A stretch of DNA of 64,000 nt from an uncultured Bacteroidales bacterium (GTDB taxonomy: Bacteria > Bacteroidota > Bacteroidia > Bacteroidales > Paludibacteraceae), in NCBI GenBank assembly GCA_946403215.1, contig CAMIZG010000004.1, positions 7,454 to 71,453 of the forward strand. Direction: 5' to 3'. Positions 34,941-43,734 of the stretch are shown here, in pieces. The notes beneath the pieces were generated by a model. That model searched no databases. It had not been told where the DNA came from and saw only the letters and a program-made list of their open reading frames with translations. The stretch's first letter is position 1. Every line of letters starts with the position of its first letter. Both the position numbers and the translations under genes were made by a program.

Positions 34941-36209
34941 TTAGCGAACGATTATGCCCTGGAGGTTGAACGTCTCACCATTGCGGATGATGAGGAACTG
35001 TCCGTCACGAAGAACTTTCTGAACGGATGTTGAGATGCCGGTGTTCCCGAGAGAAGTACCAATCTCCTCGTCCGGCAGTTCAAATACGCGCACATCGCGG
35101 AGACGAATGCAGTTGCCGGTCTTAATAAGTGCGTGCATACGAACAAAGCGGAACGAGCCCTCCACGTCGGAGAAGACGGCAGCATTGGCCTTAACGCCCT
35201 CATTGATCTCAGCGAGTGTAGTCCATGCCTCGTCATTGGCCTTATCCTCGTCTGACGGTTCTTCTACGCGAGCTTGCAGGATATACTGTTTGGGGAAGTC
35301 AGCACCCCAGAGCAGTTCAACACCCATCAGATCATAAGCCTGACCCAGGTCAACCAGCCACCATTCTTCTGCGGCAGGACGATCCACCCAGGTTACCCAA
35401 GCCGTACCAGGATCCTCATCGTTGGCAGCCTTGGCCTGCTCACCCTGATTTTCAGGGTTGTAACCGGCTTCTGACGGTTGGTTGGTAGCCAGGTTAACAC
35501 CTGTAGTGCCAAATAGCTTGATGGACGCAGACAGCTCTGCGGATGTAGCGGTGATGGTAGCGGCACCGATCTTGGCGGGTTTATATACGTTGCCTTCAAT
35601 ACTGCCGGCATCAGCCGGTTCGATAGCGAAGTTAACCTCTACCTCCATCGGTTTGCCCATCTGGTCAGTACCCGTAGCGGTCAGTTCGATGCCCTCCCCG
35701 ACCGTCGTCCAGTTGGCGGAAGCAGTGAGGTTGAGACGTGTGAGCACAGGCTCAACAGAGCAGATGCTGCCATAGGTGTAAACGAACGTGAGCGTCGGCC
35801 AAGCATTACCGTCCTTGCTGGTTGCGTACTCAACGATTTGGTTCTCGACATAAATCTTCGTGCCGACAGCCAACGATGAACCCTCTTTGGGAGTCAGCGT
35901 GATCGTCGACGAACTGCCACAACTCAACTCGAAGTAGTCAGCCGCTTCTTCGCGCTCCTCGCCGACCTTGATTTTGTCTATGTTTATGCCATTGCCGCGG
36001 AAGTGCGTATCTTCAAGTTCACCACCAAGGGTTTCGGTAATGGTGATGGTAACAACTCCATTGGAATTGGTCTCCCATGTGAAAGCAGCCTCACGGTTAT
36101 CGCCCTGCAGCATAACTTCTCCGCAATACTCCGACTCCGAAAAGAACGGTTCGGCATAGGAGAACAGACTTGCGCAAAGCAGCGCGGATAAGAATGTAAG
36201 TTTTTTCAT
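34941..36209 (-). CDS. Secreted protein: Cys-bracketed N-terminal module, Big_2, discoidin domain, short C-terminal tag
   Basis: 422 aa. Signal peptide MKKLTFLSALLCASLFSYA is near-identical to that of the 1210-aa protein. It has a Big_2-like segment (LTASANW...ITATSAELSASIKL) and a discoidin domain (AWVTW...WWLVDLGQAYDL...FRFVRMHAL). C-terminus is VQKVLRDGQFLIIRNGETFNLQGIIVR. Confidence 0.75.
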   Translation of the reverse strand: MKKLTFLSALLCASLFSYAEPFFSESEYCGEVMLQGDNREAAFTWETNSNGVVTITITETLGGELEDTHFRGNGINIDKIKVGEEREEAADYFELSCGSSSTITLTPKEGSSLAVGTKIYVENQIVEYATSKDGNAWPTLTFVYTYGSICSVEPVLTRLNLTASANWTTVGEGIELTATGTDQMGKPMEVEVNFAIEPADAGSIEGNVYKPAKIGAATITATSAELSASIKLFGTTGVNLATNQPSEAGYNPENQGEQAKAANDEDPGTAWVTWVDRPAAEEWWLVDLGQAYDLMGVELLWGADFPKQYILQARVEEPSDEDKANDEAWTTLAEINEGVKANAAVFSDVEGSFRFVRMHALIKTGNCIRLRDVRVFELPDEEIGTSLGNTGISTSVQKVLRDGQFLIIRNGETFNLQGIIVR

Positions 36210-36310
36210 TGTTGTTAATGATTTAAAGGATTAAGGTATTTTTGTTTTAACGGGGTATATCAAGGTTTTATAAGGGTCAAATAAGGGTCTCATCGGGCTC
36301 TCGTTACAAT

Positions 36311-37927
36311 TCATTCAGGAAAGGCCACCTCTATCGTCTCCACGCAGTTGGCGGGTAGGTGCACGGTAGCGAACCAGTCACCCAACTGGAGGTTGAACGA
36401 AACAGGCTGTTGTGCCTTGTTGAGCATGTTGATGGCAAATGCACCGGTCTGTTTCTTCACCGCGCACACGTGCAGGTCAGGATTATTGACTATCTCGCTT
36501 ACGCCAAGCACCACATCACCCGGACGCATCGAGCGCGAGAAGTGACGGAACGCGTAATGGTAAGGCGTGAAGTAGATAATATCGTTCTGATAGTCCACCA
36601 TCACCTGTGCGCCGCAATGATTGAGCACGTGCGTCGGTCCGCCGATGGAGTCCAGCACACTGTTCCAGTCGATGTAGCCGGTCATCCAGTGGTTGACACC
36701 GTCGATGATATACTGCGCATAGCGGTGTACCGCCGAATACTTCGGATGCCACTCCGGCCACCAGGGTGTTGAGTATGCCCAGTCGGTTGCGTTCTCACCC
36801 CACCAGAATGCGTCGTTGTTAAACCAGCCGCTCTCTTGATAGCCTGCATAGTCGCTCACGCCGGGCCAGCCGGGGCGACCGAGGTTGTCGATGCAACCCT
36901 CGGTGTGCATCAGGATCTTGTCGGGATAGAGTGCGTGCAGCGAATCCAGTATCTCGGGGAAGCAGGAGATGGTCGAACCGTACCAGTGCAGTGCAGTACC
37001 GGCGGTATATTCGCGGGCCTGCGGATTGCGGTCATAGACAGCCGCTGTATAACGGTCTGCCTCAAAGGTGTTCTGGTCAAAGCAGAAAATCTTAACGTCC
37101 GGAAAATCCTGTGCCAGTGTCGGACCAAGATACTCCCCGATGAACGTAGCCTCGGCTTCGGGCGAGAGGTCCATGCTCTCCCATGAGCCGTCATTACCCA
37201 TAGGCTCATTCTCGGGCGTCACAGCCCAGAACTCTACCCCGGCATCGCGGTAGGCTTGCAGGTAACGGGCGAAATAACGGGCAAAGGTGTCGTAGTATTT
37301 CAGCAGCAATGCTCCGCCACGGCGATTGGCTTTGTCAAAGAAGAGGTTGTTGTCCTTCATCCACGCGGGAGCCGTCCACGGCGAGCCCATAAGCCGCCAT
37401 GTGGGATCGGACTGCGCGGCTTTGAGGGCAGCGACCTCGGTGATGAACTGATACATATCGAAGTGCTCATCCTTGATCTGCGGGTACTCGTCACGACTCC
37501 AGCCATCCTGATGCACTGCGAGGGAGAAGTGCTCAAGAGCTTCGTCACCGGGGACGTCGTCATAGGAGTAATGTCCCTTGAGCGTGAAGTCGCTCGAACC
37601 GATGACCGTACGGGTAGCGGAGAAGTTCGAGCCATCCTCACCAAACAGTTCGCGGATAACCATTGCACGTTGCTCGGGCGTGAGGCACGCGAGGACGAAA
37701 GCGGAGCTCTCGGTGATGGATGCCCCGAAGCCGTCGATGATCTGCCGTTCGTCGTCGGGATTGATGGTGACCAGCGCTATGGGAGCGTTGCCTTTGCGGA
37801 ACTCGATGGGGGCAACAAGGGCGTACTTGTCACCGGCTGCCGAGGTGAGGCGCACCTCGGTGGAGGTGATGCGGTTGCAAGCTGTCAAGGTCAGCAGGAG
37901 TGCGGAGATGAAGAGTGATTGTTTCAT
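36311..37927 (-). CDS. GH30 glycoside hydrolase (probable beta-1,6-glucanase), lipoprotein
   Basis: 538 aa with lipobox LTLTAC. GH30 motifs IDGFGASITE, SPWTAPAWMKDN, TPENEP (acid/base) and MHTEGC (nucleophile) are present. Its start overlaps the upstream gene's stop (ATGA at 37924-37927). Confidence 0.85.
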   Translation of the reverse strand: MKQSLFISALLLTLTACNRITSTEVRLTSAAGDKYALVAPIEFRKGNAPIALVTINPDDERQIIDGFGASITESSAFVLACLTPEQRAMVIRELFGEDGSNFSATRTVIGSSDFTLKGHYSYDDVPGDEALEHFSLAVHQDGWSRDEYPQIKDEHFDMYQFITEVAALKAAQSDPTWRLMGSPWTAPAWMKDNNLFFDKANRRGGALLLKYYDTFARYFARYLQAYRDAGVEFWAVTPENEPMGNDGSWESMDLSPEAEATFIGEYLGPTLAQDFPDVKIFCFDQNTFEADRYTAAVYDRNPQAREYTAGTALHWYGSTISCFPEILDSLHALYPDKILMHTEGCIDNLGRPGWPGVSDYAGYQESGWFNNDAFWWGENATDWAYSTPWWPEWHPKYSAVHRYAQYIIDGVNHWMTGYIDWNSVLDSIGGPTHVLNHCGAQVMVDYQNDIIYFTPYHYAFRHFSRSMRPGDVVLGVSEIVNNPDLHVCAVKKQTGAFAINMLNKAQQPVSFNLQLGDWFATVHLPANCVETIEVAFPE

Positions 37928-40900
37928 ATTTGGATATAAACGTCTATTTGTTTGACTTGGCCGTCGCGGGCGAAGATGTGCTTGGCTTGGTCGGCCGGGA
38001 TCTCGAGCCCTTTGCTATGCTCGGCAAGGTGATACGTGAGCCGTGTGCCGCAGTAGGTGAATGACAGCTTGCCGTCCGTGAAATCCTGCTCGCGTAGCAT
38101 GCGCGGGTTGATGCGGATAGCGCCGTCGCAGACCTCGATGCCAAGCTCGAACCAGCGGGAGAGAATGTCCTCTTTCACCTGACCTGTCATACCCGGCTGC
38201 TGTACGCCGGACATTGAGGGCGTGTGGCTGTAGGCGTCGAAGGGGAACGAGCCGTACTGGTCGGGCGACTTGTGGAGGCCGAGGCCTTCTTTGATGGCAC
38301 GATAATGGGTGATGAGTCTGGGCAGACTATCTGTACTGGTTGTCCTGGTTGCACTGGTTATGTTTTCGCCGACGGCCAGGAGGAGTTTGCTTACCATGTG
38401 CCAGTAAATGGAGCCGAGTCCTTCGTACTTGTAGAACGTGCCGCTGCGGCCCGTAAAGGCGTGGTGGTGGAAGGTCTGCTCGTATAAGTCCTTGAGCTCG
38501 TCAGGCAGGTTATTGGCATTGCGGTACGAAGCATCGAAATGAATACCGCCGTCGCAGTCCTGTTTCAGGACCGTGCCCAGATATTTCTGTACAACAGGAA
38601 GCGAGGCAACCTCAGCCGGCAGGTTATTCATCTCCAGGAACGCCGGACGACGGCGTGCAGGATAGAGCATATAGCTCTGCTGGTCCTCGCGGTATAGTGC
38701 CGACTTGCGCATAGCGTCCAGCAGGTCGGCAGCCTCTTCGCCGCTCAGCAGACCCGACGATAGTACGGCCACCTGTCCCTCCAGCATTTCATACAGGTCG
38801 GTTATCTCTATAATGTCCTTCGTAAACTTGACGAGGTTGTACGCATTGTACAGCCCGTCAGGACGACGGTTGGCTTCAATCGAGTCTTTCACTAGGATGA
38901 GCAGGGCGTCTATGCTGTCCACAATCATCTTGGCGGTCAGTTCGACCTGCTCGCCGCTGAAACCGGCATACGCCGCATTGCGGTACGCCTCGCCGGCACG
39001 ACCGATAGCGTCCACATACGGACGAACGGACTGCTGCGTGAACTGGTACGTGTCACCGTTCTGTTCCAGATTGCTGATAAACGCCTCCGTCAGGTCAAAC
39101 AGCATCTTCACGAGTTCGGCATGTACGGCATAGGTCGCATCGCCGGCCTCTGTGAAGAACTGACGGATCAGCAGCATGTAGCGGTACAGGTAACATACGG
39201 TCACCATCGACGCGCCGTTACCCACAAGAGCATTGTTCGCATCGTTCCATTCGGGACGGAGCGTGTTCATCCAGATACCTGCGCCGGGTATATGGTTGGA
39301 GAGTTTGGCAAGCAGCGTGATGAGCAGTTTCTCCACGCCGGTGACGAGCAGCGGCTGGTCGTTCTTGTCCATCATCAGCCGTGCATCCTGACCGTAGTCA
39401 GCCAGACGCGACAAGATGCGCTGGTGCGCCTCGTCGTCAAAACGGATGGTGTCTTTCGGATTGGCGACAATCTCCTTATACGACTTGATCCTGTACGGCA
39501 CAGCCGCAAAGGCGAACTCGCGCTGCGACAGCAGTTCGTTGAGTGCCTTTGGGTCATGGTCGCGGCTGAGCTCCAGCAGTTTGCACAGATAGATTATCTG
39601 GTGGTCACCCCAGTAGCCGATGTTCGACCACGGGTCATCGGGATTGATTACCTCCCAGTCTATGCCCTCCGACGTGATGCGGTACGGGTTGTAACCGTCA
39701 GCCGTCGTGGCGTTGAGGAACTTGGCGATAATCGCATTGATATATTCGGGATAGGATGCCGACAGTGCCTCCCAGTTCTGGAAGATGTCACGCCAGTTGC
39801 CCTGATAGGCGATGAGCGGCTTGCCGTCCTTGTCCTTGACACGTATGTCGAAACTGTTCCACGGACGCGACGGGTCACCGTGGCGGCGCGAGAACGTCAA
39901 CGGCAGATACTCCATGTACAGGCGGTGCAGCTGATGGTCCATGCAGTCGATAATGCGGTCCTCCAGTTCGTCACGCTTGAGTTGTTCGGGCAGCGACTCC
40001 AGGAACGGCTTGTACTGCTCGTACAGCGCACGGTTGAACACTTTCACGTGGTGCGCAAAATCCGTGGCATGTACCAGATAGTCATCGGCATAATAGCCGC
40101 CGCGCATCGTGTTGAACAGCACGTTGGCAAAGTGGCGGGCATCCTGTGCCTCGTCGCCGGTCAGTTGTACACCGTCGTTATGGGCGACGATGGCGCGCAG
40201 GTTGGCGGTAGTGGCATGCAAGGCTTCTTGTACTATCTGCTTGTGCTCCGGTTTGGCTATCTCGTGCAGCATAGCGTGTACCGCCGATGCGTCTTTCTCC
40301 ACATCCATCACTAACATCCACTCCCTGCCCTCACCGGCCTTCAGCTCCAAGGCCTTGTACAGCAGGTACGCGCCCTGCACACCTTTGGATTCCGGCTCTG
40401 CCTCTACGGCTCCGCCGTGACGGAAAGAGTCAAGCTGCATGGAAGAGGTCAGCACCGCAAAATCATCGGCATCAATGCTATAGACCGTATTGCATGTCAG
40501 GCTCTCACTCGGCTCAGCCTTGTCCACCATGATGGCTTCCATCCTAAACAGCACCAGAGGAGTTCCTTCTACGCGTTCTATCTTCTTGTAGCCGTCCACC
40601 AGCGTCGAATATACATTCTGTGTCTGGCGGTTCACACCCGAAGGCAGCACATTCTGCACGCCGTCGATAATCTCAAACTCCTGCGGCTGCTTGGCGATGT
40701 TCTCGATATACGCCTTGCGCACCCAACCGAAGCGGTCGGCGGGCTGCCAGCTGTAACGGAAGAGCATACCAAGCGTCAGGTTCTTCTCCTCGAACAGGAT
40801 ACAGTTGCCCGTCACCGCTTTGCATATGCGGCGTTCAATGGAATACAACGCATCGTTGTTCACGCCGAACGGTTCCCACATGTATGTCTTTCCTTCTTTA

Positions 40901-41151
40901 TTTACGCGCACCAAGGTACGCGGACCAGTGAAGGTGTAGTTCTGCGTTATCTTGTCATCCGTATAGTACGGGAAGAGCGCAAAGTCCGGACTCCTCCGGC
41001 CGCAACTCAGTCCGCCGGTGGACGACAGGTACATCCATAGGTCGGTGTCCGAGGCCAGGGAGATGAAGAACGGTTGCATGGCGTCGTAGTTCTGAATTTC
41101 ATAGAACTTCTCACCATTGACAGTTATATATTTGCCTGATGCTTTTTTCAT
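37924..41151 (-). CDS. Large cytoplasmic protein, candidate GH94-clan-like (GH149/GH161-type) beta-1,3-glucan/oligosaccharide phosphorylase
   Basis: Coding status is well supported: a long ORF translationally coupled to GH30. The track start at 41181 is TTG; the ATG at 41151 gives MKKASGKYITVNG with no signal peptide. Motifs GNWRDIFQNWE and RPEWNDANNAL resemble the RDxxQ and DWND regions of GH94-type phosphorylases, from memory. Context is an MFS importer plus beta-glucanases. The functional call is inference. Confidence 0.45.
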   Translation of the reverse strand: MKKASGKYITVNGEKFYEIQNYDAMQPFFISLASDTDLWMYLSSTGGLSCGRRSPDFALFPYYTDDKITQNYTFTGPRTLVRVNKEGKTYMWEPFGVNNDALYSIERRICKAVTGNCILFEEKNLTLGMLFRYSWQPADRFGWVRKAYIENIAKQPQEFEIIDGVQNVLPSGVNRQTQNVYSTLVDGYKKIERVEGTPLVLFRMEAIMVDKAEPSESLTCNTVYSIDADDFAVLTSSMQLDSFRHGGAVEAEPESKGVQGAYLLYKALELKAGEGREWMLVMDVEKDASAVHAMLHEIAKPEHKQIVQEALHATTANLRAIVAHNDGVQLTGDEAQDARHFANVLFNTMRGGYYADDYLVHATDFAHHVKVFNRALYEQYKPFLESLPEQLKRDELEDRIIDCMDHQLHRLYMEYLPLTFSRRHGDPSRPWNSFDIRVKDKDGKPLIAYQGNWRDIFQNWEALSASYPEYINAIIAKFLNATTADGYNPYRITSEGIDWEVINPDDPWSNIGYWGDHQIIYLCKLLELSRDHDPKALNELLSQREFAFAAVPYRIKSYKEIVANPKDTIRFDDEAHQRILSRLADYGQDARLMMDKNDQPLLVTGVEKLLITLLAKLSNHIPGAGIWMNTLRPEWNDANNALVGNGASMVTVCYLYRYMLLIRQFFTEAGDATYAVHAELVKMLFDLTEAFISNLEQNGDTYQFTQQSVRPYVDAIGRAGEAYRNAAYAGFSGEQVELTAKMIVDSIDALLILVKDSIEANRRPDGLYNAYNLVKFTKDIIEITDLYEMLEGQVAVLSSGLLSGEEAADLLDAMRKSALYREDQQSYMLYPARRRPAFLEMNNLPAEVASLPVVQKYLGTVLKQDCDGGIHFDASYRNANNLPDELKDLYEQTFHHHAFTGRSGTFYKYEGLGSIYWHMVSKLLLAVGENITSATRTTSTDSLPRLITHYRAIKEGLGLHKSPDQYGSFPFDAYSHTPSMSGVQQPGMTGQVKEDILSRWFELGIEVCDGAIRINPRMLREQDFTDGKLSFTYCGTRLTYHLAEHSKGLEIPADQAKHIFARDGQVKQIDVYIQI

Positions 41152-41204
41152 CACTTTATAATTTTTGTCCAATAGTATCAATCCACTACTGAGGTGTTAC
41201 TGAC

Positions 41205-41254
41205 GTATTGTCGATGCATTGTCGGGGTATTGTCGGGTCAATCCTAGACAATAC
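41205..41254. promoter_or_regulatory. Three 11-bp-phased direct repeats GYATTGTCG plus one inverted copy (candidate operator or RNA structure)
   Basis: GTATTGTCG at 41205-41213, GCATTGTCG at 41216-41224, GTATTGTCG at 41227-41235, and inverted GACAATAC at 41247-41254. The array lies in the only sizeable gap (41152-41314) within an otherwise overlapping gene string. Confidence 0.5.
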
Positions 41255-41314
41255 ACGATACATTACAGATGTTTTACTGATGTATTCCTAGGGTTTACTC
41301 GCATTTTTATGCCT

Positions 41315-42667
41315 CTATTTTGCTCTGCGGGCCTCCAGTTCGTCTTTCATCTGCTGCATGGTGGCGTTATCCAGATTATAGAACAGCATCACCAGTGCGC
41401 ACGATGCGTACAGCACACCCGGGATGACACTCACCAGCAGACGGATACCCATCATCGCCGTGTCGCTCTGCATGTCAGCATTCGCCACAAAGTGCGTGAC
41501 GCTCAGCAGCCATCCGGCAGCAGCAGCACCGATAGCCCAGCCGAGTTTCTGCGCCAGCACGGAAGCGGAGAAGCACAGACCGGTCGTTCTGCGGTTGAAC
41601 TTCCACTCGCCGTAATCGGCTACGTCTGCCAGCATCGTCCACAGCAGCGGCACTGCCGGCGCATAAGCCATCTTGGCTAATATATTGAAGGTATATACGA
41701 GCGGCAGGTTGTCGCCTGCAACGAATATCAGCGCAAAGAAAACACCCGACACCACCGACGACATAATATACACCAGCTTGTTGCCGAACTTCTTTGCCAG
41801 CGGCTTGGAAGCCGGCAGGGCTACAATCAGCGCCACCGTACCCAGCACATTGAACAGCTGCACATTCTCGGCGTCATGGATATAATACTTGAAGTAATAG
41901 GCGATGGCGGCGTTCTGCATGGCGAACATGATAAAGCTGACAATACCCACGCACGTGAGCACGATCCAGGCCTTGTTCATGAACAGGTACTTGAAGTCCT
42001 TCCATACGTTGTTGTCCTGCTTCTCGGGTTGAGGCACGCGCTCCTTGGTCGTGCCGAACGCAATCAGGAAGAAGGCTATCGACAGCACGCCGAACAAACC
42101 AACCGTATACTGGTAGCCTTGCGCCTGATTGACCACGCCGTCGTTGCCGATAGCGCCCAGCCACTTCACCAGGTACAGCGCCGCGCCGGTAACTACGAAC
42201 TGACCGATATACGCCGCAATGAAGCGGTAGGTGTTCAGTCCGGCACGCTCGCTGCTGTCATCGGTCATCACGGCCGACAGCGAACTGTACGGCAGGTTGA
42301 CGAACGCATACGCCGTACGCAGCAGCAGGCAGGTGATCAGCGCATAGGCGAACTTGCCGTTCAGTCCGAACTCCGGCGTCGTGAATGCCAGCACCGCCAG
42401 TATAGCGTACGGCACCGAGCCGAACAGCAGGTACGGACGGAACTTGCCCCAGCGCGATGTTGTGCGGTCGGAGATGATACCTACAACCGGATCCATCACT
42501 GCGTCCCATATACTGCCGACGAACATGATCACACCTGCCAGTGCAGGAGACAGACCGTAGATGTCGGTATAAAAAATGAGCAGCCAGAAACCTACCAGGT
42601 CCCACACGAAATGCGACGCGGTATCACCCAGACTGTAGCCGAGTTTTTCTTTTATCGAGAGTTTCAT
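41315..42667 (-). CDS. GPH-family (MelB/GusB-like) glycoside:cation symporter, MFS
   Basis: 450 aa with ~12 TM segments. N-terminus KLGYSLGDTASHFVWDLVGFWLLIFYTDIYGLS is typical of the glycoside-pentoside-hexuronide family. Confidence 0.85.
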   Translation of the reverse strand: MKLSIKEKLGYSLGDTASHFVWDLVGFWLLIFYTDIYGLSPALAGVIMFVGSIWDAVMDPVVGIISDRTTSRWGKFRPYLLFGSVPYAILAVLAFTTPEFGLNGKFAYALITCLLLRTAYAFVNLPYSSLSAVMTDDSSERAGLNTYRFIAAYIGQFVVTGAALYLVKWLGAIGNDGVVNQAQGYQYTVGLFGVLSIAFFLIAFGTTKERVPQPEKQDNNVWKDFKYLFMNKAWIVLTCVGIVSFIMFAMQNAAIAYYFKYYIHDAENVQLFNVLGTVALIVALPASKPLAKKFGNKLVYIMSSVVSGVFFALIFVAGDNLPLVYTFNILAKMAYAPAVPLLWTMLADVADYGEWKFNRRTTGLCFSASVLAQKLGWAIGAAAAGWLLSVTHFVANADMQSDTAMMGIRLLVSVIPGVLYASCALVMLFYNLDNATMQQMKDELEARRAK

Positions 42668-43659
42668 TTACTATAAACTTTTATATAATCAACATACATT
42701 TTGACCGGTGTACCATCCTCCGGCAGAGCGGTCACGGGCTCTAACAGCGACGCATCAATCACATCCGAATACTTCTCGGGGTTGGGCATATCAGGGAAGA
42801 AGCCGCCCACCGAAAGGTTCAGCACTAGATAGAACGGATGATTGAAGTAGTGCCCGGGCTCATTCACGTCTTTGCCTCGCAACGACAACTCAAAGTAAGG
42901 CTTTGCCTCAGGATACTTGTCCAGGTCCAGATACATGGCTATCGAGTCTTCCGTCCAGTCGAGTGTGAACAGATGGAAGTCTCCCTGTACGGGATACTCC
43001 CACGTATGGAACTTGCCCGTGTTCGGATAGGCGCCGTTGTTCCAGCTCTCACCCCAGTGGCATGCACCGTTGAAGTAGCGGTCTTGCGTACCTTCCGTGA
43101 TGCCGTTCTTGTGTCCCATCTCGCAGATGTCTATCTCACCGCACTTGGGCCAAACCACTCTGCCCTGCTTGGCGAGTTCGGCTATACGCTTGTCAACATC
43201 ATCGCTGTCACCGAGATTGGTGGCGAGGTTGTTGCCCAGCATCCAGAAGGCCGGCCACAGACCGTTGGCGGTATAGGGAAAAGCGATACGCGCCTCCACG
43301 CGTCCGTACTCCACAGTCACCTTGTCCTGCGTGTTCAGGCGTCCCGAAGTAGCCGGACGATACCCTTGCTTGCCGTCAGCCGTCGTATAATAGTAGTCCT
43401 CACGCTGTGCGTTGAGCACCAGGCAGCTCTCGCCTGTCACAGGGTGCTTCTCGATCGTGACATTCTTCGGGGCATAGTACTGCAGTTCGGCATTGCCGCC
43501 GCCACGGGCGTTGTCATCTACGTTCCACCACTCGGCATTGAGCTCGGACGCATCGAAGTTGTCTTCCCATACCAGCGTATACTCCTGCTGCTTGGGAGCA
43601 CAACTAACGAGCATAAGTGTGCCAACAATCACCCAACCATATATGTTGCGGATGTTCAT
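42664..43659 (-). CDS. GH16 laminarinase-type beta-1,3(4)-glucanase, lipoprotein
   Basis: Catalytic motif GEIDICEMGH (ExDxxE). The ATG at 43659 gives MNIRNIYGWVIVGTLMLVSC (lipobox); the track ORF extends to 43716. Its stop overlaps the MFS start (ATGA). Confidence 0.85.
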   Translation of the reverse strand: MNIRNIYGWVIVGTLMLVSCAPKQQEYTLVWEDNFDASELNAEWWNVDDNARGGGNAELQYYAPKNVTIEKHPVTGESCLVLNAQREDYYYTTADGKQGYRPATSGRLNTQDKVTVEYGRVEARIAFPYTANGLWPAFWMLGNNLATNLGDSDDVDKRIAELAKQGRVVWPKCGEIDICEMGHKNGITEGTQDRYFNGACHWGESWNNGAYPNTGKFHTWEYPVQGDFHLFTLDWTEDSIAMYLDLDKYPEAKPYFELSLRGKDVNEPGHYFNHPFYLVLNLSVGGFFPDMPNPEKYSDVIDASLLEPVTALPEDGTPVKMYVDYIKVYSK

Positions 43660-43734
43660 AGTGTTTTTTGTGTTTTTGGCTTTTGAATGTTTTTGTATAG
43701 TCTGTTCCTCCAACATGGAAACATTAGACAGTTA

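Noticed and set aside
39121-40314. Long plus-strand ORFs (e.g. 373-1146, 9297-10115, 13513-14373, 39121-40314, 41876-42676, 42838-43686, 54661-55428, 57386-58366) lying antisense to the minus-strand genes
   Set aside because: Each lies entirely within a well-supported minus-strand gene with clear family motifs. Their translations are Arg/Val/His-rich low-complexity sequence typical of shadow ORFs in GC-rich coding DNA, and none has a recognisable domain.
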